From Octopus bimaculoides (taxonomy: Eukaryota), in assembly GCF_001194135.2 (NCBI RefSeq), contig NC_068982.1, positions 103,077,640 through 103,141,639 of the forward strand: a stretch of 64,000 nucleotides of DNA. Direction: 5' to 3'. Below, in pieces: positions 25,927 through 38,172 of this stretch. The first letter of the stretch is position 1. The number at the start of each line of letters is the position of its first letter. The position numbers were made by a program, and so were the translations under genes. Under the pieces are notes generated by a model that was not told the DNA's origin, ran no database searches, and saw nothing but the letters and a program-made list of their open reading frames with translations.

Positions 25927-26091
25927 GTACGTGTGTGTATATGTTTGTATGTCTGTGTTTGTCCCCCCAACATCGCTTGACAACCGACGGTGGTGTGTTT
26001 ACGTCCCCGTAACTTAGCGGTTCGGCAAAAGAGACCAATAGAATAAGTGCTAGGCTTACAAATGACTGAAACAAGTAAAAGAATAAAAGAG
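25716..26091 (+). mobile_element. tRNA-derived SINE family A, young copy with an internal deletion near the tail
   Basis: CpG-rich. cttacaaa is joined directly to tgactgaaac, skipping about 60 nt present in other copies. Confidence 0.9.
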
Positions 26092-26095
26092 ATCC

Positions 26096-26520
26096 TCATC
26101 ATCATCATCATTCCATGCTGGCATGGGTTGTTAGATGGTTTAACTGAAACTGGTAAGCTGAAGGACTGCACTAGATTCCAATCTTATTTGGCATGGTTTC
26201 TCCAGCTGGATACCCTTCCTAACACCAAACACTCCAAGAGTGTAATGGGTGCTTTTTATGTGACACCACCATTGGCCATGACTATGACTTCAATTAGCTT
26301 GATGGATCTTCTCAGGTACGGCATATAAGTGACTGAGACTTCACCAGAAGTCTCAGTCACTTATCATTGCCTCTGTGAAGCCCAACGTTCAAAGGGTGCT
26401 TCTTATGTGCTACCAGCACGGGTGCCAGTTATGTGACACTGGCATTGGCCACGGCCACAATTTCACTTGGTTTCATGGATCTTCTTAAGCACAGCATATC
26501 GCCAAAGGTCTTAGTCACTT
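26096..26520 (-). mobile_element. Two tandem RTE-type LINE 3' ends
   Basis: The 3'UTR module is followed twice by ggccac...gatcttct...gcatat...ggtct..gtcactt. The first copy carries a fold-back hairpin. Confidence 0.7.
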
Positions 26521-26676
26521 AAAAAAATAACTATTTTCATAATATGTGTCCCCCAACCATCTATGTTTACTGATTCATTAGCTGTTCTTAAGCCAAGCTC
26601 TGTGAGGCCTTTGGAATTTTATCAATTCCAAATTATACATATATATATCTTCTCAAATTAAATTCTTAATTCATAT

Positions 26677-27574
26677 TAGTAAATTATAGAAGTCGACAAT
26701 TATCCAACATTGGAAAATATTTCAGAGAAAAGCCATTGGGGATACATCCATTGGTGCATCTATTTTTAAACTCAGTTATTCTCTTAGAGCTACCACAGTA
26801 TTCTAAAGACAAATATGTTACTGCCATCTTTAAGAAGGGAATAATTGTGATGTTAGAAATAATGATTCTTGATATATATATATATATCTTTTACTCTTTT
26901 ACTTGTTTCAGTAATTTGACTGTGGTCATGCTGGAGCACCACCTTTAGTCGAACAAATCGACCCCAGGACTTATTCTTTGGAAGCCTAGTACTTATTCTA
27001 TCGGTCTCTTTTGCCGAGCCACTAAGTTACAGTGACATAAACACACCAGCATCGGTTGTCAAGCGATGTTGGGGGGACAAACACTGACACGCAAACATAT
27101 ACACACACACACACATATATATATACAACGGGCTTCTTTCAGTTTCCGTCTACCAAATCTACTCACAAGGCTTTGGTCGGCCCGAGGCTATAGTAGAAGA
27201 CACTTGCCCAAGGTGCCACGCAGTGGGACTGAACCCGAAACCATGTGGTTGGTAAGCAAGCTNNNNNNNNNNNNNNNNNNNNNNNNNNNNNNNNNNNNNN
27301 NNNNNNNNNNNNNNNNNNNNNNNNNNNNNNNNNNNNNNNNNNNNNNNNNNNNNNNNNNNNNNTAGTAAATTATAGAAGTCGACAATTATCCAACATTGGA
27401 AAATATTTCAGAGAAAAGCCATTGGGGATACATCCATTGGTGCATCTATTTTTAAACTCAGTTATTCTCTTAGAGCTACCACAGTATTCTAAAGACAAAT
27501 ATGTTACTGCCATCTTTAAGAAGGGAATAATTGTGATGTTAGAAATAATGATTCTTGATATATATATATATATC
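26677..27574. repeat. 212-bp direct duplication (26677-26888 and 27363-27574) across a 100-N gap
   Basis: Apparently identical copies with a 686-bp offset. Confidence 0.9.
26888..27262 (-). mobile_element. tRNA-derived SINE family A (head runs into gap)
   Basis: Reverse complement of the family A tail, core and head. Confidence 0.9.
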
Positions 27575-28039
27575 AGCATGGCCACAGTCAAAAGACTGAA
27601 ACAAGTAAAAGAGTAAAAGAGTAATATATATTCTATGCAAGGTTCTGGATTTATTTGTTTTATACAAGGTAATGAAATATTTAGCAAACAATAAGATCTT
27701 AACAAATTAAGATATATTCATTACTGTGAAAAAATAAATCAGTTTTGTTTATATTTCGTTAATAGTCCAGCTGTGTAAATGAATGTAGTCCACATGTGAA
27801 GTGTCTGAATTTTTCCATAATCTTTTGAATCTGTTTTGTGTGGAGGGTTATTGTTATATTTAGTGGCATATGACAAAGAAATGTCTTTGATCCAATTGCT
27901 TTTTGTTGTATATAGACACACACACACACACACACATATAGCTACCCACATCCGACTTCTTCCATATACTTCCTTTTAGTTGTGGGAGCTTTCTTCATTT
28001 TCTTTTTCTGTTCTTTTATCTTGCAAGTTACATGGCAAC

Positions 28040-28225
28040 CTCACTAGCACCAGTGGAACATAAAAAAACACCCAATACACTCTGTAAAGTGGGTGGCATT
28101 AGGAAGGGCATATAGCCATAGAAACCATGTCAAAGATGATATTGGATCTGAACACAGCCCTAGAGGTTACCAGTTCCCTATCAAACAGTCCTACTCATGC
28201 CAGCATAGAACGCAGGTGTTAACCA
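28040..28225 (+). mobile_element. RTE-type LINE 3'UTR fragment, decayed
   Basis: gtgggtggcattaggaagggcatatagccatagaaaccatg...catgccagcatag. Confidence 0.6.
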
Positions 28226-28923
28226 ATGGTGAGATATATATAGGAGAGAGTGGTGGTGGGGGGGGGGATGAATAGACAAACAGGTGGACATTAGCAATGA
28301 TAGCAATTGTGATGGTAAGAGTTTTATTCTCTCTATGCCACTAAAAATGTGAAGGTTAACAGATTTGAATAATGTTCCACTTCAACCCCAAACTTGATAT
28401 TTTATAGGCAACTTCTATTCTCGTATTTTATAAACATAAAAAAAGAAAGAAAGAAAGAAAATGTATCAGATTTGCTGCAGTAATAAAGAGAAACCATTAC
28501 TATGTCCAGACAGATAAAATGTCTTTTAGAAAACTGAAACAGATTGTTTCTCTGCTTGTTTAGCATTACTAAAAACACCACATTATTCACAGTACTTTTA
28601 GTTCACTATCTAAAAAGAATACCACCCTAAGATATTTCAATTAATTTCTTGCACATTTATTAAATAACATTAGATACTACAATAGCCAAATGTTAAGGTA
28701 CAGGTTTGTTGATCTGCAAAGATAATTCATAATCCACCCACTGGTATTGTATCTTTTACTTGAAAGAAGAATGTTCGAAATGTCATTCTTGTGTAAAACA
28801 CTTACTACAGCAATTTATGCAATATCCAAAATTTTAGGGTCATTTAATATGTATCAAACATTGAAAGTGAATCTTTTAAGATTTTAGAAAATATGTTCTA
28901 TTGTTAATTATTTATTTTTTTAG

Positions 28924-29070
28924 AAAACATTTGCAATATGACAAACCAACATCACCTGATCCTGCTGGTGAGCAGACTGATGCCTGGGGGTCGCATCAAG
29001 TGGCTTCTAATGGCAGAAATCAGAACTACAATGGGTTTGTCCCACAAAGAACGTTTACTGTTACTTTTGG
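28924..29070 (+). CDS. Best candidate host-gene exon (147 nt, symmetric), product unknown
   Basis: Long T-rich acceptor tttattttttag and GG|gtaaca donor. GC-richer than the flanks and not repeat-like. Frame KHLQYDKPTSPDPAGEQTDAWGSHQVASNGRNQNYNGFVPQRTFTVTFG is open. An internal G|gtgagc donor at 28967 is an alternative. Confidence 0.4.
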
Positions 29071-29091
29071 GTAACATTTCATACATATATA

Positions 29092-29149
<58 letters not shown>

Positions 29150-29275
29150 AGCATGGAAAGTGGACGTTAAATGACGATGATGACATGATGATGATGATAT
29201 ATATATATATACTTCAGATCTATTTCAGAGACTTGTGTCTCCAGAAAATTGATAATTTATTATTTCAATTGCTTA

Positions 29276-29426
29276 CCAGGTGTGACTGTGTGGTAAGAAG
29301 CTTGCTTCCAAACCACATGGTTCTGGGTTAAGTCTAACTGCATGGCATCTTGAGCAAATGTCTTCTACTACAACCTCGAGCGCCTTATGAGTGGATTTGG
29401 TAGATGGAAACTGAAAGACACCTGTC

Positions 29427-29488
<62 letters not shown>

Positions 29489-29721
29489 TGTGTGTATGTC
29501 TATGTGTCTGTGTTTGTCTCCCACCACTACTTGACAACCAGTGTTAGTGTGTTTATATCCTTATATCTTAGCAGCTCAGTGAAAGAGACCAACAGAATAA
29601 GTTCTAGACTTTAAAAAATATGATAAGTCCTGGGAACAATATGTTCGACTAAAATCCTTTAAGACAGTGCCCCAGCATAGCTGCAGTCAAATGACTGAAA
29701 CAAGTAAAAGATAAAAGATAA
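29276..29721 (+). mobile_element. tRNA-derived SINE family A
   Basis: Head, long internal (TA)n, tail gaaacaagtaaaagataaaagataaa. Confidence 0.85.
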
Positions 29722-30827
29722 AACCATATCTACTAAATGTCTATAAGTTTTTGTTTTTTTTATTTGACATGTAACTTCAACTGTCTTTTTGTTATGTTCA
29801 AAGATAAGACAAACGGTTGTACATAAGTGTACATAAGTGCATATAAAAGTATATTCTTTTACTTATATTCTTTCAGTATTAGCATGCTTTTTAAATAGTT
29901 TTCTAATTTGATGTTGTAAGAAATGAACAAATGAATCAGGCAGATTTGATAACTCTAATCTTTAGCTTTACATATATGTCCTCTGGCAGGTTTGAAACTA
30001 ATAAAGTGATTTTTTTCCCCCTTCTTTTTATCATATGGATTATACTTACTTCCACTGATATTCTGTTTGCAGGAGCCAATAACAATAACATTTCTGTGCC
30101 TGTTTTCTCATTTTCACCGTGTACAATTTTGAATAGATCATTGTGCACGCTTGACATCTCCACAAACTATTTGTTGTGAGCACAATATCTTTCATTTTCT
30201 TTTCAGAGCACATTGAACAACTCACACACACTAAGTAGTCATCTCTTTCTCTCTATATTTCTTTCCACTTCACTATTTCTTATCATTCACTAACAAAACT
30301 CCTACCTCAACTACAAACTTAACCTGATGTCTGCAGCTGGTTGTCTTTTAAGAATGGCTAGCTTCTGTATGTCCCTATTAATTGTTGCTAGTCCTTTCAG
30401 CTACAATATGAAACTCCTGCAGTTAATGCTTTTAATTCAAATTTATGCTTTCCATCAGCAAAAGTCTTTCTTCTGTCGGTCTCCTCTTGCTTCAAGATTA
30501 ATTCAAAAATCATTGCTTTATATTATAGATAGGGCACATTTCTTGCTGGATGCTGACACCTTTATCATTTGTATGTCCGACATATGAGTTACAGCAATAT
30601 CCAATTTCTTTTTTGTTTCATGATAATTGACAATTGTCTCAAAGCTTTTCTAAAATTAGTTTTAATGATAACTAAATCATTCAGACTATTGACTAGTAGA
30701 TACCCAACAGACTACTCATAAGGAGGACCACCACCACCACCACTCACACACTTAACAGATGCCCCTGCAGCAAAAAAAGAATTATTATTATTATGTGAGG
30801 ATGCTTGGTCCAAGCATCACAAGATCA

Positions 30828-30829
30828 TG

Positions 30830-30879
<50 letters not shown>

Positions 30880-30900
30880 GTAATGATAATAATAATTATA
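30828..30900. repeat. (ATT)n/(AAT)n microsatellite
   Basis: Direct reading. Confidence 0.9.
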
Positions 30901-32599
30901 TTAGGAACTAGGTCAGTGTTCATCACCTTTGCAGGCCTCAGAGACTGAATTCAGAAAGATGGATTGAGTTAGGTTTAGTTAAATAAGTAACTGAGATTCA
31001 GACATAAACTACTCTTTGTAAATGAGAATATTCTGATTATATAGACATGATACGAGAAGGAGTAACAAGAACTAGATGAAACAGAAAATGTGCTTGAGTT
31101 GGTAAGAGTGATAATTACTGGTAACAAGTCTAGACTCAGCAGTTCCATAGTTAAAACCCCATCTGGCGCAACCTTCACTTTCATCATACTATGATCAATA
31201 AAAGCAATTTTTTACCAGACTGAATATTTCAGAATGTAAGCACAGTTGGTTAAATCAATATGGTGCTAAACAAGCAGTAAAGATGTCAGCAGTTTGTATA
31301 ATGTCACATGTGCATTATTGTATATGTGGCCAATATACTTAACTATCAAATGCCTGAGTACTCTTTTTCTAAATATGTACCACAACTGCTGGACAACCCA
31401 TCAGCAGTGTCAAACTGAATACACTGCTACAAGCTTTTTAAGCTTGCCGTAGTGTATTCAATTCTTCCTGTAGGCTTAGCTTAGAGAAGGTTGGGCTCAG
31501 ATTAATTTATACTTGATATATTATCTGGAGATAAACAGGAGTGACCGTATGTAGTATGCCAAAAATAGTTATTGAAAGAAGTGGCAAGATGCCAAAATGA
31601 TAAAAGAAAAAGATGATGATTGTGTGTATGTGTGTGTGTGTGTGTACAAACATGTGGGAAGAGTATTCACTACATAGCATAGAGTTAATAGCAACAATTA
31701 AGCCTGAGATTTTACACTATCTTTACTGTGAGTTTTGCATTACAACTTTTATAGCATGCAAACGTATAATATAAATCTGATCAAAATGAAACTCGTAAAT
31801 TTTAAAATTCTAACAATTAAAATTTAAAATTCCATTCATTGACAGCGAATTTTAAAATACACATAATTCTAAGAGAAAGTGGTTGGCTGAAAAGAAGTAA
31901 AAAAATAAAGACTAGCTTAAAAGAGAAAAAGTTATTGAAGACTCATAGAAGAGAAAATTGACATATGTCTGCAAATATTACATTAGAATATATATATATG
32001 TCTTAGATACAGTACTGTGAGAATCAAATGTTGAAAGGTGCACATATATCTCTGGAGAAAAGAAAAAATAAGGGTATTGGAACAGAGGGTAAGAGAAGAA
32101 AAGTAAATGTTAAAGAAGTAAAGTCACACATTGATACATGAAAACTGAAGAAGGAAAAAAGAGAGGTACAAAAAGTAAAGAAAAAGTAAAAGAAATAAAG
32201 AAAAAATATACATGTTAACAGTACAAATGAAATAGTGAGTCTGAACTAGTACGATAAAATAACATGCTAAACAAATTAATTTTGTTTTTTTTTTTCAAAT
32301 GTTTAGAAAAGAATATTCCTCTTTGCCAAAAAGTATACAATTTCCTGGCACTGTACTTTTGATATAATGTCTGAAAATTAGCTTACAGAAAACCTTGATC
32401 ATAAAGATGCATATTAGGAAAGAGAACTTTAAGTATTCAAAGTACTTAAAACAGGGGGAAAAACCCCCAAAATCTTCAAAGAATTTCCAGGAAATTCTGC
32501 ACATAAAAAGATACTATGTTAAGTACCTGGGTAGTATAAAATTCAGTAGTACATACTTATTTTGATAACATTTTAAAATTAGCTCATTCTTACAAATTG

Positions 32600-33500
32600 A
32601 TAAATTGGATGGGGATGAACAATTCCAAATTGCTAAAGTTGCATCATCTAGAACTGCTAACTCAGCCACTGGCTACAGCATCAGAAAATTCATAATGAGT
32701 TCATCTTTTGATCTCCAGGCATGATGTGATAAAAAGGTTGTATTTCTTTTCTTCAAGTGTCTAAAGGAATACATGTGTTGTGTATAACTATTCTTAAAAT
32801 TATGTTCTGTTAAATCTATATAAATACATTCACTGTGGTCATGCAGTGCATCAACTCTTTGCTGAAACATTTTCTACTGAGTGGACATGAATTAAGTTTG
32901 GTACAATTGCATATTTAATAGAAGAGTGTTATGATTTCTTCAATCAATACTTGAGATTAAATTGTTGAAATTGAGCAACTGTTGCTAAATTTCAAGGAAA
33001 CCTTGTTTAAAATATTATGGTACATGTGACTAATTGAAAATTACTCTAGTCCAAGGCTTAGAAATATTTTTGTTATATTAAATACCACACCCAAACTGAA
33101 TCTCATGTTATACAAAATTATATTAAACATATATGGCTTGTATTTTAGTTATGTGAACAAGGATGGATACTTCTTTTATTAGATCAAATGTTGGATATGA
33201 AATATCTGATATTATTAACTGGATTCTTTAAGACTATGAAAGGGCAATTGGAAAACTTTATATGTACATAGCAGTTTTTCCTAAGTCTGTGAGGCTGGTT
33301 GTGGGGTATTAACAAACCATTCTCATCAAGGCCAAGATCTATAAAATGAAACTTCTTCTGGAGTAAGTCTAAGCTATATAACATAAGTCTCAACTCTATC
33401 ATACAATCCAAAACCATATCAAGTAGCTTATCACCATTATGTTTAATCCAGAAATTTTGTTCAAAAGAGATAATATCTTGCCATGCACTAATACAAATTT
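32600..33500 (-). mobile_element. Penelope-like element remnant (RT core, linker, GIY-YIG)
   Basis: Minus strand, in order: WIKHNGDKLLD...LYSLDLLQKKFHFIDLGL / KYKPYM / NITKIFLSL...HMYHNILNKVSLKFSNSC / CNCTKLNSCPLSRKCFSKE / YIDLTEHNFKNSYTQHMYSFRH...TTFLSHHAW. Confidence 0.8.
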
Positions 33501-33589
33501 CAAAGTTTTTTTTTTTATGGAGGTGAAATTCTTGTCAAGCTTTAAAGCATAAAGAAGCAGTTCAGGAATGGATAGGTAAATTTACTTGG

Positions 33590-33785
33590 TGACCTTACTG
33601 ATGCTGGGACGACTTAAAGAGCACACAGTACACTCTGCAAATTGGTTGGTGTTAGGAAGTGCATCCAGCTATAAAAAACATACCAAAGCAGACATTGGAG
33701 TACAACGCTGTCCTTGGACACATCAGATTATATCAAACCCTCCAACTCATGCCAGCATAGAATATAGACATTAAATGATGATGAT
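33590..33785 (+). mobile_element. RTE-type LINE 3'UTR fragment
   Basis: ggttggtgttaggaagtgcatccagct...gacattaaatgatgatgat. Confidence 0.7.
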
Positions 33786-34159
33786 ATTTATTGATTACAT
33801 TATTAAATCAGTGTTGCTGGTGGGTCTAGATCATGCAACATGTGCATTTCTAAGATGTTATTCATATTGATATCTCTTTTTAGGAATGAGCTAATGTTGA
33901 AACGTCATCACAATAAGTACCTTCTACAGAATTTTCTTTTATCAATAGGTTGAATTAATTTTTCCTTCATTGGTGGAAGAGCTATGGAATTTTCTAATTT
34001 TCATATTTGTATCAAACTTTGTAAGCTAATTGACATCAAAGCATGTCTTCTAAATATTGTTGATTTTCTGTAAAATATAATCTTTTCCCATGAAGTCAGT
34101 GCCATCATGAAAAGAAACAGGTGTTAAATGAATAAATATATATATAAATAGTTGCAAGC

Positions 34160-35400
34160 TGGTAAAATTTACTATTCAATCTAACCAGTTGTAACACTTG
34201 TAGATAAACATTTTTCAAACACCTACTGAAACATTCCCCGCTGAACCATAAATAACATAAGCTATTTAAACCAAAGTTATTCAAATCTCTTACTCATTCA
34301 CCCACAGTTTTGCATAAACATTACTAAATTCTAATCTTTTCAATTGAAAATCTTAATTCGACTAACAACAACAAAATACCTCTAGTTATAATTGTATCAG
34401 CACCAATACTCGTTAGTTGAAGGAAATTGTAAAGCTATAGGATTTAGAGATTATGGTATCATTCCCAAACTCAAACAGAAGTCCAATCTACTATTGTGGA
34501 GTAATGTATGTACTGTAATAAAAGAGTTAGAAAAATCCTCGAGAAGAAAACTTCCAACTTTATCCAATTCAACATCAAAGATTGCTGCCCAATTATTTCC
34601 TATCCTATCCTAACTACTGTAGCAAACTACTTCAAATGGAAAACCCAAAGAAAAGGAAATAACCTTACAAGCGACGAAGTGCTTCTTCCTACAAGAATGT
34701 CATGTAGATTAAAAATAAAAACATCATCAAGCATTTTGATATAAGCATGGGCTCCAAAGATTCTGTTAGGATTAAAAATGTACTCAGATTATACATTATT
34801 ATAATCCTCGATGGTAAATTCCCTTTCATTACTTGCAGCTTATACTGAAATGATGGACTACTCTTCACAACTTCAACTACCAATTTACTGACAGATTCAG
34901 AAATAACCGGTGTAATTTCTTTAATAACCTATCCCCCATCAGTGTTGAAGCACTTCTTAAAAAACAGTTTCTTTAACATAACCTAGAAGACTCTCCAATC
35001 ACAAACCACTTATGAAATCCACCAAAGAACTATGACATATGAATCATCTCAGAATAATTTAGTGAAGAACATCTCTCTTAGACTCATTCCTCTAATGAAA
35101 ATGTATTTGACAATATTTTCAACACATAATGATGGCCAGTTCCAAGCATATTTAAAAATCAGAGATATCCAGAATGCGATGTCAATCTTCCACCAAAACA
35201 CAGAACAGAAACATTGGCCTCATTGAATCCACATTGCAGCTTGCAAATATCAATACCAGTAGAAAAATATCTTTAAATTCCTACACAAACACTCCCCATC
35301 TTATGCTTAAATACCACAAATTACTACACCAAAAAACTATCAAACTTTCATACTCTACTACCAATAATTTAAAATATATGTGTACTAATTATATTAAGCT
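34160..35400 (+). mobile_element. Penelope-like element remnants (linker fragment, then RT core to linker)
   Basis: TFFKHLLKHSPLNHK*HKLF at 34200-34280. Then FIQFNIKDCCP / HFDISMGSKDS...LRLYI...SLY*NDGL (compare FDVTMGSYDG...GLYRDDGL) / RNIGL...HKLLHQKTIKLSYSTTNN. Confidence 0.8.
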
Positions 35401-35428
35401 CTCAACCCAAATTACTAACTCCCAAATA

Positions 35429-36838
35429 TCAGGTCATCCCATAAGTTCTGTCTGATTTTAACTTTTTTAAAACTGAATGAAATTTAATAGTATTTTAGAA
35501 TGTCTAATGGAATTAAAAATTATTTTTATGCATTTGTGTACAGTTAAACTAATTAAATATTATTTAACAGAATATTAGAATTAAAATTTCTTTCATTAAA
35601 ACTCTTTCTAACATGGAAGTATCCAAAGAGCATTTGAAGGACATAATGCTTTATGAGTACAAAAAAGGAAACTCTGCTGCTGAAGCGACTCGAAACATAC
35701 CCTCAGTTTATGGGAAAGAATGCTTGAATGAAAGAACTTGCAGAAGATGGTTTGCAAAATTCAGAAGTGGAGATTTCAGCCTTGAAGATGGAAGATCGAA
35801 CAAGACGTCCAGTTGAGTTTGATGATAAGCTCCTTGAGGCATTACTTGAAGAAAATCCTGCATTATCAGTTGAAGAATTAGCAATAAAGCTTAGTTCAAA
35901 CCATACAACTGTTCATTGTCATCTTCAACAACTTGGAAAGGTTCCTAAACTTGGAAAATGGGTGCCTCATGAATTGTCCGAAAGCAACTNNNNNNNNNNN
36001 NNNNNNNNNNNNNNNNNNNNNNNNNNNNNNNNNNNNNNNNNNNNNNNNNNNNNNNNNNNNNNNNNNNNNNNNNNNNNNNNNNNNNNNNNNNNNNNNNNNN
36101 NNNNNNNNNNNNNNNNNNNNNNNNNNNNNNNNNNNNNNNNNNNNNNNNNNNNNNNNNNNNNNNNNNNNNNNNNNNNNNNNNNNNNNNNNNNNNNNNNNNN
36201 NNNNNNNNNNNNNNNNNNNNNNNNNNNNNNNNNNNNNNNNNNNNNNNNNNNNNNNNNNNNNNNNNNNNNNNNNNNNNNNNNNNNNNNNNNNNNNNNNNNN
36301 NNNNNNNNNNNNNNNNNNNNNNNNNNNNNNNNNNNNNNNNNNNNNNNNNNNNNNNNNNNNNNNNNNNNNNNNNNNNNNNNNNNNNNNNNNNNNNNNNNNN
36401 NNNNNNNNNNNNNNNNNNNNNNNNNNNNNNNNNNNNNNNNNNNNNNNNNNNNNNNNNNNNNAAAAGGAGTGATGTTTCATCAGGACAATGCGCGACCCCA
36501 CACTGCAAAGATCACATCACAGAAGATCGAAGAGCTTGGTTGGGAAAAAATTCCTCATCCACCTTATTCTGACTACCATTTGTTTCATAGTTTACAGAAT
36601 CATTTGGGGGAACATAACTTTCGCAAGCCAGGAGGAGGTCAAAACTGACATTTCAGAGTTCTTCGCTTTGAAACCAAAAGAGTTTTATATTGATGGGATT
36701 AAAAATCTTGTAAATAGATGGAAGGAAGTCATAGATAATCAGGGAAAGTACATTGATGATTAAATTTCAATTAAATATAACATTTGATCACTTGTTTTCT
36801 TTATTCAAAATTCAGACAGAACTTATGGGATGACCTTA
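35429..36838 (+). mobile_element. Full-length mariner (DD34D-type) element, defective
   Basis: TA at 35427-28 and 36839-40. 27-bp TIRs tcaggtcatcccataagttctgtctga with 1 mismatch. The middle lies in N gap 35990-36461. Confidence 0.95.
35613..36763 (+). pseudogene. Mariner transposase pseudogene
   Basis: MEVSKEHLKDIMLYEYKKG...WFAKFRSGDFSLED, frameshift, ...KLGKWVPHEL...HQDNARPH...PHPPYS-DYHLF with PDLAPS missing. Confidence 0.9.
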
Positions 36839-36884
36839 TATATTACTTACTACTATGTATGTCTGTGTACGTATGTCTATTTCA

Positions 36885-37262
36885 TATTTTTTCACCCATT
36901 TTTCGATACTTGCATAGGACTGAGGAAATTTATTGAGGTAGATTTCCTACTGCCACATATACTTCCTGTCACCAACCCTCTCTTGTTTCCAAACAAGATA
37001 ATATTTCTCCTACTCCTTCCAGTATGAACAGCATAATGGCCAGATATGTTTTCATGGAAGATTGAAAGCACCAACACTGCTGTGATTGATGTATGTTTAT
37101 GTCAATACAAGGAGATAAACGCAGACATACACACATATGATGATCTTCTTTCAGTTTCCATTTACCAAACCCACTCACAAGAGACTGGCTTTGGCTGGCC
37201 TAGTGCGGTAGTAGCTGGGACTTGCCCTGAAAGCACATGATTTCAAGGCACACTTCTCATCC
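36885..37262 (-). mobile_element. SINE family A'
   Basis: Reverse complement of the A' body (ccaaccctctcttgtttccaaacaagataatatttc...ggccagatatgttttcatggaag) joined to a decayed A-type head. Confidence 0.6.
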
Positions 37263-37374
37263 ATACAATCATGTGTGTGCCTATTCATGCACATGCACAT
37301 GTTTATATATGCATAAATATATATGTGTGGGTGTATATATGTATATATATATATATGTATACATATAGATGTAG

Positions 37375-37420
<46 letters not shown>

Positions 37421-37464
37421 ATTTATATATATATATAAAACATACATACATGTGCACACGTGTG

Positions 37465-37507
<43 letters not shown>

Positions 37508-38117
37508 CATCATTTAACATATATTCTCTTTGGTTCTTTATTTATATATATTTTTAATAGCTGTAAAACACCTCCCACTTGACCCTCATTACCTCTTTGA
37601 TCTCTTATTTCATCTTCTCTCCGCTNNNNNNNNNNNNNNNNNNNNNNNNNNNNNNNNNNNNNNNNNNNNNNNNNNNNNNNNNNNNNNNNNNNNNNNNNNN
37701 NNNNNNNNNNNNNNNNNNNNNNNNNNNNNNNNNNNNNNNNNNNNNNNNNNNNNNNNNNNNNNNNNNNNNNNNNNNNNNNNNNNNNNNNNNNNNNNNNNNN
37801 NNNNNNNNNNNNNNNNNNNNNNNNNNNNNNNNNNNNNNNNNNNNNNNNNNNNNNNNNNNNNNNNNNNNNNNNNNNNNNNNNNNNNNNNNNNNNNNNNNNN
37901 NNNNNNNNNNNNNNNNNNNNNNNNNNNNNNNNNNNNNNNNNNNNNNNNNNNNNNNNNNNNNNNNNNNNNNNNNNNNNNNNNNNNNNNNNNNNNNNNNNNN
38001 NNNNNNNNNNNNNNNNNNNNNNNNNNNNNNNNNNNNNNNNNNNNNNNNNNNNNNNNNNNNNNNNNNNNNNNNNNNNNNNNNNNNNNNNNNNNNNNNNNNN
38101 NNNNNNNNNNNNNNNNN

Positions 38118-38172
<55 letters not shown>

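Noticed and set aside
29936-30163. LLLAPANRISVE followed by a gtaagt donor, resembling kinase subdomain XI
   Set aside because: No upstream kinase motifs, no plausible acceptor, and no other kinase exons in the window.
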